From: Bacteriovoracia bacterium
Lineage (GTDB): Bacteria; Bdellovibrionota; UBA1018; JBFWNL01
Length of the DNA stretch: 64,000 bases
NCBI GenBank assembly: GCA_050251055.1
Contig: JBFWNL010000001.1
Location: 715,825 to 779,824, forward strand
Reading direction: 5' to 3'
The first letter of the stretch is position 1; each line of letters opens with the position of its first letter. Below are positions 38,146-47,980 of this stretch, piece after piece. The translations under genes were made by a program, and so were the position numbers. The notes beneath the pieces are model-generated. The model searched no databases, had not been told where the DNA came from, and was given only the letters and a program-made list of their open reading frames with translations.

Positions 38146-40065
38146 TTAGATTTCTTCTCTTTTTGTGGGGCCTTTTCCCCTGGAATGCAGGGCTTCATCG
38201 ATGGCCTGGGCGATCCGTCGGGCGCTTTGTCCATCTAACGCATGCCGGGCCTTAATGATGGCTGCCCGCTGCTTTTCGATCATTTGTTTCCGGAAAGCTT
38301 CGTCGCCGATCAGGGAGGTCAATCCCTTCTCCAACTCGTCGTAGGTATGGACGTTCAAAATGGCACCGTGGAAGAACTCGGCCGCCTTCTCATGAGGCTC
38401 GTTGGACGAAACAATGACTTTATCTTTGCCGAACAGGACCGCTTCGAAAGTGACGGAAGAAAACCGGTCGACGATGCAGGCATCCGCGTAGTTCAGGATA
38501 TGGGGCGTCGTTTTGGAGCCACCCAAGACCTTGAATTGAACTTCCGGCCCGATCTCACGCACAAGATTTTCAATGAACGCCACGTTCGTTTCGTTGGGAT
38601 GAAGTTTTACGATAATGAACGCATCGAGCTTCCGCGCGAGCCGGCAGAGCTGGGTCAAAAATTCGCGGTGCTCATTGCGGTCGGGCCCTTCGCGATCGGT
38701 CAGAAAGCCAGCGATGACGAACTTCCGGGTAGGCCGGGAGATTCCCAACGCCGCGGCGGAATCCTGCCGGGAGTGGGACGCCTTGAACTGGGTGATCTTG
38801 TCGAAGCGGGCCATGCCGGTGATGATCATTTTTTTCGGGTCCACGCCGGAGAGGGCCCAACGATCCCGAACGGCCTCGCCGTTCATCAAAAAGAGATCCA
38901 CTTTGGAATAACTGGCAAAAGCAAAGTACCGCACGTCGGCGTGATGAAACTGCACCATCAAGGGCCTTTCAATAGCGACCTCCTGGTGAAAGAGACAATT
39001 CAGCTCATTCCCCTCGGTTCCGGCCTTAATGGCTACGGGCCGATACTTTTTCAGGAGTTTCTGGATCGCGTACCACCGGGTGAGCCGGCGGAAGCAAGTC
39101 CAGGAAAAGAGGAGATCCAGTTGGGGATCGATCAGGGGAATGATTCCCGCGCCCTGCGCTCGCAGCTTGCCTTGCGCCTCTCGGTAATACGCAGGCTTCA
39201 ATTTCCACCAGTTCCGATAGGTTCGCAGCGTTAAGGAAAGCGCTTGGGCGATATCCGCGAGGGATACATGGTAATCAATGCTTTCTATCGGGTGAGGGGC
39301 TTTCGCCATTTCCCGGTAGTTCTCGTCGATGCCCAGGCACACCCCGACGGGGAGATAACCCAGGCTGGCCACCTCGTTCATAACCGGAAGCAAGGTCTCC
39401 GAGAAGACATCCGTTCGCGAATCCGTCACAAAGAAGAGCGCCGGCTTTTCCGAAGGCAGGGTCCGAACCGGAACGCTTTTCAATCGAAGCGCATCCACGG
39501 TTCTTCTCGCGGCGGACCGGAACAGTCGCGACCGCGGATACTGAAACCGGGTTTGCGTCGTACTCCCCTGAAAGAAAGTCTCAAAAGCCTGCTCGGCCAC
39601 GTTTCGTTCCCCACTACGGATCAGGGTCGCGATCCTTGAACCTCCGGGGACCGTAAGAGAGCCGAAGAACCGGTAGTATCGGACCGCGTCGTAAATCATA
39701 TCGGTCAGTTCAGATGGATACGGCTCCACAAACAACGCGTTCCTTAGCGCCGGATCTTGCCCCGCAGCCAGTCTACGGCAAAGCTGGCTTAGCTCGTCCA
39801 TGATCGCCTTGGTTCCTTGAACTTCCGGCGAATCTTGGGAAGGGTATTCGTCGGCGAAGGCCAGGGGCGCGGCGACCGAATTTTCCAGAATGAAGATTTG
39901 ACCAAAGAGCTGACGAATCTCATCCGAGAGGGGTAGGCTCTTCCGCACGATCAATTCAGATTTTTGCCCTAGAGAGTGGGGGTTGGCTTGGATGAACTTC
40001 CGAATCGGGCCGGGGGATGCGCCAAAATAGGCGAAGAGCTGGGTGGCGCCAGAATCCATTTCCAA
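38146..40065 (-). CDS. GT-B-fold surface-carbohydrate protein (capsule/sialyltransferase-like C-terminus)
   Basis: QFHH, D...NGE, ITGMARFD, VKLHPNE, SSVTFEAVLFGK, DGQSARRI. Confidence 0.65.
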   Translation of the reverse strand: MEMDSGATQLFAYFGASPGPIRKFIQANPHSLGQKSELIVRKSLPLSDEIRQLFGQIFILENSVAAPLAFADEYPSQDSPEVQGTKAIMDELSQLCRRLAAGQDPALRNALFVEPYPSELTDMIYDAVRYYRFFGSLTVPGGSRIATLIRSGERNVAEQAFETFFQGSTTQTRFQYPRSRLFRSAARRTVDALRLKSVPVRTLPSEKPALFFVTDSRTDVFSETLLPVMNEVASLGYLPVGVCLGIDENYREMAKAPHPIESIDYHVSLADIAQALSLTLRTYRNWWKLKPAYYREAQGKLRAQGAGIIPLIDPQLDLLFSWTCFRRLTRWYAIQKLLKKYRPVAIKAGTEGNELNCLFHQEVAIERPLMVQFHHADVRYFAFASYSKVDLFLMNGEAVRDRWALSGVDPKKMIITGMARFDKITQFKASHSRQDSAAALGISRPTRKFVIAGFLTDREGPDRNEHREFLTQLCRLARKLDAFIIVKLHPNETNVAFIENLVREIGPEVQFKVLGGSKTTPHILNYADACIVDRFSSVTFEAVLFGKDKVIVSSNEPHEKAAEFFHGAILNVHTYDELEKGLTSLIGDEAFRKQMIEKQRAAIIKARHALDGQSARRIAQAIDEALHSRGKGPTKREEI

Positions 40066-40181
40066 TCAATAACATCAAATACTTAGTGCGTCATTTCTGA
40101 AGTTCGAGAGCCGCCTTCACTTTTAAGCCAGGACTACCGAACCAATTGAAATTGTAAGCAAAAGATGCGACTAACTTATCC

Positions 40182-41132
40182 ATGACGACATCGCTGCATA
40201 AGGATGCCCCTGTCTTCGTGGCCGGACATCGAGGCCTGGTCGGATCTGCCGTAGTCCGTCGCCTGCAAGCGGCCGGCTATTCAAATCTCTTACTTAGATC
40301 CCGCGCCGAACTCGACCTTTTAGACCAGGCGGCGGTGCATGCGTTCTTCAAAGAACAGCGCCCCACCTACGTCGTGCTCGCAGCCGCAAAAGTGGGCGGC
40401 ATCCACGCGAACAATACTTTTCCCGCCGACTTCCTCTACGAAAATCTCGTCACGGCCGGTAACGTAATCCACGCCGCCGCCGAAGCGGGCACCGAGAAAC
40501 TCCTTTTCTTGGGTAGCTCCTGCATCTACCCGAAGCTCGCGACGCAGCCTCTGCGCGAAGACAGCTTGCTCACCGGCCCGCTGGAGCCAACCAACGAAGG
40601 CTACGCGCTTGCCAAAATCGTGGGTCTCAAGCTCTGCCAGATGTACCAGCGGCAATACAAAAAGCGTTTTATCTCTTGCATGCCGACGAATCTGTACGGA
40701 CCAAACGACAACTTCCACCCGGATCACTCGCACGTCATTCCGGGGATGCTCCGCCGCTTCCACGAAGCGAAGATCCAGAAGCGTCCGGAAGTCGTGATCT
40801 GGGGAACGGGTACGCCGAAGCGTGAATTCCTCTACGTCGACGACTTGGCCGAAGCGATCCAGCTCCTGCTCGAAACCTACGAAGGCACGGATACGATCAA
40901 CGTCGGCACCGGCGAAGACGGCACCATTCGCGAGCTCGCTGAAACCGTCGCGCGCGTCGTGGGTTACGAAGGCAAGATCGTGACCGACCCGTCGAAGCCC
41001 GACGGGACGCCCCGCAAAGTGCTCGATGTTTCTAGAATCAATGGACTGGGCTGGAAAGCGCGCCACGATCTCGCGACCGGCCTACGGCTCACTTACGAAT
41101 GGGCACTCTCCCAAGGCATGTTTCAAACATAA
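40182..41132 (+). CDS. fcl: GDP-L-fucose synthase
   Basis: [67 protein letters not shown]. Confidence 0.96.
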   Translation: MTTSLHKDAPVFVAGHRGLVGSAVVRRLQAAGYSNLLLRSRAELDLLDQAAVHAFFKEQRPTYVVLAAAKVGGIHANNTFPADFLYENLVTAGNVIHAAAEAGTEKLLFLGSSCIYPKLATQPLREDSLLTGPLEPTNEGYALAKIVGLKLCQMYQRQYKKRFISCMPTNLYGPNDNFHPDHSHVIPGMLRRFHEAKIQKRPEVVIWGTGTPKREFLYVDDLAEAIQLLLETYEGTDTINVGTGEDGTIRELAETVARVVGYEGKIVTDPSKPDGTPRKVLDVSRINGLGWKARHDLATGLRLTYEWALSQGMFQT

Positions 41133-41144
41133 GGAGACACAAAA

Positions 41145-42485
41145 TTGAATAGCACCGAAATCGGCTCGATCGTCCTTACCCTAAGCGTACTGATCGCCAG
41201 CGTGCACGTCCTTGGCTACGTTTTCGAAAAATTCCGGCAACCTCGCCTCATCGGTGAAATCGTCGCTGGCATCCTGTTCGGACCTTTCGTGTTGAGCCAC
41301 CTCGCCCCCGGCATTGCGCAGCGGCTTTTCGGCGGTGGCATCCCGGGGCCCAACAAGATCGATATCGTCTTGGGCTTTATGTACTGGATCGGTCTCTTCC
41401 TACTCATGTTCATTTCCGGCAGCGAAACACGCCGCCTGATGGCGCGCGAAAACCATCGGCAGACCGCGTGGCTTTTAGGCGTCGGCACCCCCCTCCCCTT
41501 CTGTTTGGTCTTGGGTCTAGGCGCTTTCCTGCCCCTGGAAACGATCACCGGTACGGCGGGTCAGCAAACTTCCGCTTTGCTGGTGCTGGCCATCGCCGTG
41601 GCCGTGACTTCGATTCCAGTCATTTCCCGCATCTTTTACGACCTAGGCATTCTGCATACGCGCTTCGCGAGCCTCATCTTAGGCTCGGCGGTACTGGAAG
41701 ACATCGCGCTCTGGGGCGTCCTAGCCGTGGCGACCAGCATCGCCGCCACCGCGACGCTCGCGCAAGAGACCGTCGTGAAGGATATCACCGCCCACGTCGG
41801 CGCGGCCTTCCTTTATATGGGAATCGGTTTAACCTTGGCCCCGTGGCTCTTGCGCAAACTACACCCGCAGCGTTTGAACCTACTAGTTAAAGCGTCGCCC
41901 GTGGGTTACGTGTTTTTCATTCTATTCTTGTATGCCGCGCTCGCGGCCCTCATGGACGTGAACCTCGTATTCGCGGCATTCCTGGCTGGGTTCGGCCTGG
42001 TGGGTGGCGTCGGCGGACACGAGCGGAAGCGCTTCTCCGAGCAGTTGGATTCCATCGCAAACGTTGCACGGGCCGTCTTCATCCCGGTTTATTTCTTTAT
42101 CGTGGGTTACAAGCTAGTCTTGGGCAAAGGCTTCTCGCTGCCGATGCTGGCTACCTTCCTGGTGGCCTCATCACTCATCTCGTTGATTTGCACGGGCCTG
42201 GCCGCGCACCTCGCGGGCTTCCGCAAGCTCGACATCGTGAACCTGGCCGTGACGACCAACGCACGCGGTGGTCCCGGGATCGTGCTCGCCAGCGTGGCTT
42301 ACGATGCGGGCATTATCAATGCGCCCTTTTACACGACGCTCGTGTTGAGCGCGGTGCTGACTTCGCAAGCAGCGGGAGTTTGGCTGCGGTATGTGCTGAC
42401 GCGCGGCTGGCCGCTGCTTTCATCGCATCCAGATGAGACTTGGGATGTCACCCATCCGGCGCGGGCGATTGGGCAGAAAGCATAG
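41145..42485 (+). CDS. Cation:proton antiporter (CPA2)
   Basis: QPRLIGEIVAGILFGP, TSIPVISRI, EDI, FIPVYF, NARG; about 12 TM segments. Confidence 0.85.
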   Translation: MNSTEIGSIVLTLSVLIASVHVLGYVFEKFRQPRLIGEIVAGILFGPFVLSHLAPGIAQRLFGGGIPGPNKIDIVLGFMYWIGLFLLMFISGSETRRLMARENHRQTAWLLGVGTPLPFCLVLGLGAFLPLETITGTAGQQTSALLVLAIAVAVTSIPVISRIFYDLGILHTRFASLILGSAVLEDIALWGVLAVATSIAATATLAQETVVKDITAHVGAAFLYMGIGLTLAPWLLRKLHPQRLNLLVKASPVGYVFFILFLYAALAALMDVNLVFAAFLAGFGLVGGVGGHERKRFSEQLDSIANVARAVFIPVYFFIVGYKLVLGKGFSLPMLATFLVASSLISLICTGLAAHLAGFRKLDIVNLAVTTNARGGPGIVLASVAYDAGIINAPFYTTLVLSAVLTSQAAGVWLRYVLTRGWPLLSSHPDETWDVTHPARAIGQKA

Positions 42486-42492
42486 ATAGGTG

Positions 42493-42526
42493 AGCCGCTG
42501 GCTTTTTATAAAAAAGGTCGACGGCT
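42493..42526. terminator. Hairpin between convergent genes
   Basis: agccg..cttttt / aaaaag..cggct imperfect inverted repeat 8 nt after the antiporter stop. Confidence 0.45.
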
Positions 42527-42635
42527 TCCCAAAGCCCCTTGATTCAATGAGCACTTACAGACTGGTAGGCATGACAACTCGTGGTCTTCAAACCGTCCAC
42601 GCTTCCGAAAACAGCCTTTGTTTTTAGATTGATTC

Positions 42636-43382
42636 TCAGGCCATCGAAGAAACAGAGGTGTGCTTGCGCTTGTCTTTCTTATTTGCCTTGCCCTTGCGCA
42701 CCTCACCCCAGTAAAGCTTCAGAAACGCGATGCCGGTTTGCAGGCTTGGCGAGCCTTCGCGGTTATCGATGCGCGAAGCTTCATACGTAGGGAACTCCAC
42801 AATCTTGAGGCCTAACTTGAAAGCCCGAATAGAGCTTTGATACTCGATCGTGTACCCTGGGCCATCGAGCTCAAGCTGCGCCCAGGCTTTCTTTGTAATG
42901 GCGCGGAAGCCATTAATCGTGTCGGTAACATACCCCCCGCGCAGCGTAGGGCCCAGGTTCCAGGTCACGTTCGCCATGAGCGTGAAGGCGTTGTTCGCCC
43001 ACTTACGCAGCGGAAAAAGCAGCTCGTCTTCCTCGTTATGCGCGCCCTTCACCATGCGGGTGCCGATCACGATATCGCCGCCACCTTCCAGATGCGGACG
43101 GAACTTCGGGATGTCGGCGGCGTCTTCGTTGCCGTCGGGGCTGTAGAAAATCAAGGCGTCGCCGGTGGCGCGGCGGAACGCCTCGCGAAAGGCTTCGCCG
43201 CGGCCGCGCACGGTCTGTGGATAAACGGTGACGCCATTTTCACGTAAGAATTCGATCGTACCGTCGGTGCTGCCCCCATCGATGGCAAAAACCTCATCCA
43301 CCGCGTTACGCGGAATCTTCGCGAAAACCTCGCGCAGGCCGACGATTTCATTCAAAGTCAAGATAACGAGGGAAATTTTCAT
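42636..43382 (-). CDS. GT2 DPM1-like glycosyltransferase
   Basis: VILTLNE, IDGGSTDGT, GRG.A, GD.....PDG, IGTR, TD..NGFRA. Confidence 0.88.
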   Translation of the reverse strand: MKISLVILTLNEIVGLREVFAKIPRNAVDEVFAIDGGSTDGTIEFLRENGVTVYPQTVRGRGEAFREAFRRATGDALIFYSPDGNEDAADIPKFRPHLEGGGDIVIGTRMVKGAHNEEDELLFPLRKWANNAFTLMANVTWNLGPTLRGGYVTDTINGFRAITKKAWAQLELDGPGYTIEYQSSIRAFKLGLKIVEFPTYEASRIDNREGSPSLQTGIAFLKLYWGEVRKGKANKKDKRKHTSVSSMA

Positions 43383-45310
43383 TTATGGGGTCCCGTCGCG
43401 CCGGGGAGCTGTTTATTACCACCGGTCGGCAAGGCGCGGTTACGGCCGCCGGAGTGCTGAAATAGAATACGCGCGAAAGAAAGCGCGCTGAGTACGCGGT
43501 TGCGACGACGGCGTGCCTGGATGGCTTTGCGCTCGAGCGTGGGGCATTCACTGAACTGATTGCCGTTCTGCAACGCCTTCACCGTCATCTCGAACATGGC
43601 GTTCTCGCCGCCCTCATGGAGATTAAGCTTCGAAATCGCCGTCTTCTTGAACCCCCGGAAGAGATTGTTGCAGTCGCTGACATTGGCGTTGAAAAGCACG
43701 CTCAGCAGGAACGAGAAAAAACGATTCCCCACCGAACGATAGAGCGCGTTTTTCTCGGACTCACGCGCGCCGCCCGGCATGAAACGGCTGGCGATCACGA
43801 GCGCATGACCTTGCTTCAAGCGAATAAGCAAACGCGGAATATCCTCGGGACTGTCGGCGCCGTCGCCACCAAACACGACGACATTCTCGCACTCGGTCGT
43901 CGCGACCGCACGGCGCAAGAGCTCGCCCTTGCCTTCGCTGCGGCCCGGAGTACCGCGTACGACGCGAAAACCGCGTTTAGCAAAAGCCGTACAGGCTTCC
44001 TCATCGGCGCGGTCGTTGCCGCCTTCGACGAAAACCAAATCCTGGAAGCTCGCCACCGGCAACGCGTCCAGCATCATCTGCGCCGCGCGGCCATCACCCT
44101 TGGACATAACAATCAAGGCCGCCTTCTCCTGCGCCACCGATTCCTGGGCGAAGTAAGAGTGAAACACGTCTACGATGTATTCCCGCTCGATCTCGGTGAT
44201 GTTCTGATGGCAGCCGAAGTAAAAACCGCTCTCGTTCACCCACTTGGCGACCGGGAAATCTTCCTCACGCACGCCGAGCAGCTCCTTATAAAAAGGCTGG
44301 TTGATCAGCGGGAGCATGTCGCGCGTTTCAATTCCATGCGACTCGAGGTAACTCACCAAGCCGCGCTTCTGATCCTTCCGCACCACTATCGGGAACATCA
44401 TGAATGCATGGCCCGCGCCCTCGCGTAGAGCCGGCAGCTGGATGTGCTTTTCGAGCGGCCTGAGCTTCTGCAAGAAATACTGGGCATTATCCCAGCGTTT
44501 GCGCATCATCTGCTCGTGATCTTCGAATTCAGCCAGCCCCAACGCGCCTTCCATTTCGGTGACGCGATAGCTGTAGCCCATCTGCACAAAAGAGAAGCGG
44601 CGCTGGATGATGAGCTCCATCTCTTCTTTCGATTTGTTCTTGTCGTCGTCGATGCTGATGTAAATCGAATCGCGGCCGTGATTCATTAAAGAGCGCAGCT
44701 GCACGGCCAAGTCCGGATCGTTCGTGGTGCAAAGCCCGCCCACCCCCGTCGTCAGAATATGCGCAACGTAAGTGGAGAAGCAACCGACGTCGCTCATTGC
44801 TCCGACCGACTTGCCGTTGAGCTTCGTAAACATCGTCTCGCACGAATCTTCGATCATGCGCAGGTTATGCTTCTTGGCGATGGCGCCGATGCGCTCCATA
44901 TCGCAGGGATGCCCGAAGAGGTGAACGGGAATAATGCAACGGGTGCGCGGCGTGATCGCGGCTTCGATCAAGTCGGGATTCAATTCGTAGTAGACGGGAT
45001 CCACATCTACGAAGACAGGCTTCATCCCATTTTGCAACACGACATTGGAGGTCGCGATGAAGGTGACGGCCGGGACGATAACCTCGTCGCCGTCCTTCCA
45101 GCCGTAGCGATTCTTCAGAGCGGCGAGCGCGATCTGCAGGCTGCTCGTGCCGCTGTTCGTCATAACCGCAAATCGGCAGTCATGCGCTGCCGCAAAAAGG
45201 CGTTCAAATTTCTGGGTGAAATAACCGTAAGAGAGGCGCTCGGAGTTGAGGACCTCATTCACGTATTTACGTGATTTTTCAGTGATTTTGAAGGTTCCGA
45301 CGCCAATCAT
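43379..45310 (-). CDS. DegT-family aminotransferase fused to a C-terminal DPM1-like GT2 domain
   Basis: NSGTSSL, IEDSCE, FSTYVAHILTTGVGG, NHGR; after ~aa 395 GKG, DGAD, VIASRF..GG, GNRFF, SDCNN.FRG. Confidence 0.88.
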   Translation of the reverse strand: MIGVGTFKITEKSRKYVNEVLNSERLSYGYFTQKFERLFAAAHDCRFAVMTNSGTSSLQIALAALKNRYGWKDGDEVIVPAVTFIATSNVVLQNGMKPVFVDVDPVYYELNPDLIEAAITPRTRCIIPVHLFGHPCDMERIGAIAKKHNLRMIEDSCETMFTKLNGKSVGAMSDVGCFSTYVAHILTTGVGGLCTTNDPDLAVQLRSLMNHGRDSIYISIDDDKNKSKEEMELIIQRRFSFVQMGYSYRVTEMEGALGLAEFEDHEQMMRKRWDNAQYFLQKLRPLEKHIQLPALREGAGHAFMMFPIVVRKDQKRGLVSYLESHGIETRDMLPLINQPFYKELLGVREEDFPVAKWVNESGFYFGCHQNITEIEREYIVDVFHSYFAQESVAQEKAALIVMSKGDGRAAQMMLDALPVASFQDLVFVEGGNDRADEEACTAFAKRGFRVVRGTPGRSEGKGELLRRAVATTECENVVVFGGDGADSPEDIPRLLIRLKQGHALVIASRFMPGGARESEKNALYRSVGNRFFSFLLSVLFNANVSDCNNLFRGFKKTAISKLNLHEGGENAMFEMTVKALQNGNQFSECPTLERKAIQARRRRNRVLSALSFARILFQHSGGRNRALPTGGNKQLPGATGPHK

Positions 45311-45367
45311 AGGGGCCCCACAGCTATACCCCCAACGGGAGGCCTTCGACAAGGCTATTCCGAGACA

Positions 45368-45409
45368 CCCGTAGACCTGTCCCTTCGCGAGGAAATCCAG
45401 GTCTACGGG
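45368..45409. terminator. Perfect 12-bp inverted repeat, probable terminator of the 45437-46030 gene
   Basis: cccgtagacctg (45368-45379) / caggtctacggg (45398-45409). Confidence 0.6.
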
Positions 45410-45436
45410 GCACTACTAAAATACTAACTTTTAAAA

Positions 45437-46030
45437 TCAGTGCTGCCCTTGACACACCAAAGAAAAGGGCTCGTCTGCGGAGCTACCGCCGACCGTCGTC
45501 GTTAGCACGGTGATCGAGTTCGCCGAGTTGACCTTACAGGCAACAACAATAGCTGCGTCACGATTTACTGAGCAGGTGCAAACCGGCTTCGCTGAAAAGT
45601 AGCCGCTCACCAAGTTAACCGTATAGTTGCCGGTGCTGTTATGATTTACATCATCAACCCAAGAATCCGCCGCAGGGCCACTGGAATTGAACTGGCCACA
45701 CGGTGTAGAAGTACATCCAGTAACATCAGTCCCGGCCCCGATGACGATTCTTTCTGACCGCTCCGATGTACCCACACTCGTCACCGCCGACGTTCCGGTT
45801 GGAGGAGATAGGGTCAACGTATTGTTAAGGTGATCAATCCCCTTAAACTGCCCCGAACCCACGTCATAATAAATCTGCCCCGCGAACGTATAAGGCAAGC
45901 TTGCACCACTCGGCAGGCTCGGCGCACCAAAGTCATAGGTTCCTAACATAGATTCCGCACTTGCATTGACCGACAGCAACAAAACAAAACAAGACAACGA
46001 CAGACGCATAGGTTTCAAATATCCTTTCAA
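45437..46030 (-). CDS. Secreted hypothetical protein, Ser/Thr/Cys-rich, fibre/adhesin-tip-like
   Basis: Signal peptide ending NASA; beta-rich; CTSTPC, TGNY.V....YFS..PVC; visibly lower GC. Confidence 0.6.
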   Translation of the reverse strand: MKGYLKPMRLSLSCFVLLLSVNASAESMLGTYDFGAPSLPSGASLPYTFAGQIYYDVGSGQFKGIDHLNNTLTLSPPTGTSAVTSVGTSERSERIVIGAGTDVTGCTSTPCGQFNSSGPAADSWVDDVNHNSTGNYTVNLVSGYFSAKPVCTCSVNRDAAIVVACKVNSANSITVLTTTVGGSSADEPFSLVCQGQH

Positions 46031-46152
46031 TTTATTTGTTTTTGAAACGAGTCACCAGTCTGGGGACGCGGTCCGCGTCAGTGCCACCTAAGATAATTTA
46101 TTCAAAATGGATTTGATTAACGCCAAGCAGATGTGACGGACCGGAGAAAAAC

Positions 46153-47883
46153 TCAATCCCCTCGCCGCCCCGCCAACTCCAAAGCCGTCCGACCGTGCTC
46201 GTCCCTCAGCCGGGGATCGGCGCCCTTGCCGATCAGGAAATTCAAGAAGTCCGCCGGCGCACGCGCGGCCACCGCGTAATGCAAAACACTGCGGCCATTG
46301 CGATCCCGGTCGCGGGCGGAAATGCCCGCCTTGAGCGCATCCGAAACGAGCAGCTGCACGGCAGGCGAAAGTCGTCCGCGGCGCGTGCTCTCTCCCTCTT
46401 CGCCCGAGCCCGCGGCAATATCCAAAATCAGCATCGCGGCGTTGCGACCGCGGCGGTCACGCCCTTGCATTTCCAGCTTAGGTAGGGCCAAGAAATATTT
46501 CAAAACATCATCGCCGCCCCAACCCACGTCCGCCCCGCTGAGATCGAGTCGATGCCGCTCGATCGCGCGGAAAAACGGGGTCAACCCCTCGGCGTCGATC
46601 ACGGCGGTCGGCGAGGCGCCGTTGGTCACGAGGTATTTCACGAGATCCAGCTCTCCCAAGCGAACGGCTTCGTGCAAGAGCGTCTCGCCACGTTCGTTCT
46701 TGGCGCTTAGGCGCGCGCCCTTTTTCAGCCAGAACTTCAGCACGGGCTCCCGCACCGAAAACTCGAGCCGGGCGGCCCCGGCCGCGAATAGGCTGCGATC
46801 GCGTAGGGTCTGCGGCATCCCATCCCAAAAAAGTTTCTCGACCAGCTCCAAGGACCCCAGCTGCGAAGCGAACCCCGCCGGGGGCAGCCCGGTCTGCTGG
46901 TTCACGACGTCACGCTTGGATCCCAGCTTCAATAGCTCGTCTACCACGACCGGACGGAAGTTCTCATTCGCGACGAACCCGCGGATGGCGGCATCGATGG
47001 TGCTCTTGCCGTGGGCGTCGAGCTTGCCGCCGTTTTGCAAAAGGAGCCGCAGCACTTCCAGATTGCCCAGGTAAGCCGCGAGGTCGACCGGCGATTCGGC
47101 CTGGTTGGGCTCGGGCCCCATCATCCCCACCGTGTTCACATCGACGTGCTCGTCCAGGCAGAACTGCACGAGACTGGGAGAATTCATCTGAATGGCCTTG
47201 CCCAAAAGCTTGGTGCGCGCTTCCAACCCCGCAAATGGAAAGAGCACCTGGAGCATGTCGACCCGCTGTTCGTTGGCGGCGAGCAACACGAGCTTTTCCC
47301 GGCGAGATTGATCGAGGTACTTCAACTGCGCGTGCTGCTTCACCCCAGCCAAGTCGCCGTTTTCAATGGCGGCCTCGACCAAAAGCTCGACCTCGGCACC
47401 CATTCCCTCTTTGTACTCGGCGATCCAACCCGGGACGAAGTAGACCGAAACAAAAATAATGGTGAGGGCCGAGGGGATCGTGAAAACCCGCAGGGGCGTA
47501 TGAAGCAGGTGATGGTCAATGGCCGGATCCGAGCGTTTGGCCAGAAAATAGAAAACGATGCTTAGAACCCCGAGCAGGAGCGAGACGATCAGGCCCTCGC
47601 CCCCGCGGCCAAAGCTTAAGACGTGCAGAAAATGAATGTGCACGGCCAACGCCAAAAATCCCAGGGCCGCGAACTCGTAGCGATACCCCAGGCGCTTTTT
47701 CATCTGTCGCAGGGAGATCAGCGTCGAACCCAAGCCCAGCGCATAGGTATAGCTAAGGAGCATGCCGGCCGCCACCGTCGGATCGAACGAAGCCACGAGC
47801 TCCTGCTGCGAAGGAATCTGCAGCAGCAGAAAGATAAAGCCGCACAAAAGCGTGAAGGCGACCGATACAGAAAAATAAACCAT
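46153..47883 (-). CDS. Ankyrin-repeat protein with N-terminal TM region
   Basis: About five TM segments, then GETLLHEAV..G..DLVKYLV..GA, GRSVLHYAV, GADP...D..GRTAL. Confidence 0.85.
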   Translation of the reverse strand: MVYFSVSVAFTLLCGFIFLLLQIPSQQELVASFDPTVAAGMLLSYTYALGLGSTLISLRQMKKRLGYRYEFAALGFLALAVHIHFLHVLSFGRGGEGLIVSLLLGVLSIVFYFLAKRSDPAIDHHLLHTPLRVFTIPSALTIIFVSVYFVPGWIAEYKEGMGAEVELLVEAAIENGDLAGVKQHAQLKYLDQSRREKLVLLAANEQRVDMLQVLFPFAGLEARTKLLGKAIQMNSPSLVQFCLDEHVDVNTVGMMGPEPNQAESPVDLAAYLGNLEVLRLLLQNGGKLDAHGKSTIDAAIRGFVANENFRPVVVDELLKLGSKRDVVNQQTGLPPAGFASQLGSLELVEKLFWDGMPQTLRDRSLFAAGAARLEFSVREPVLKFWLKKGARLSAKNERGETLLHEAVRLGELDLVKYLVTNGASPTAVIDAEGLTPFFRAIERHRLDLSGADVGWGGDDVLKYFLALPKLEMQGRDRRGRNAAMLILDIAAGSGEEGESTRRGRLSPAVQLLVSDALKAGISARDRDRNGRSVLHYAVAARAPADFLNFLIGKGADPRLRDEHGRTALELAGRRGD

Positions 47884-47980
47884 TCCCGCGGGAGTCTAAC
47901 AAAAAAGATATGAGATCGCACGAAGCCTGTGTAGGATGATCGAGAGAACGGCCAAAAACCACCGGGAGGCCCCGCGAGCC

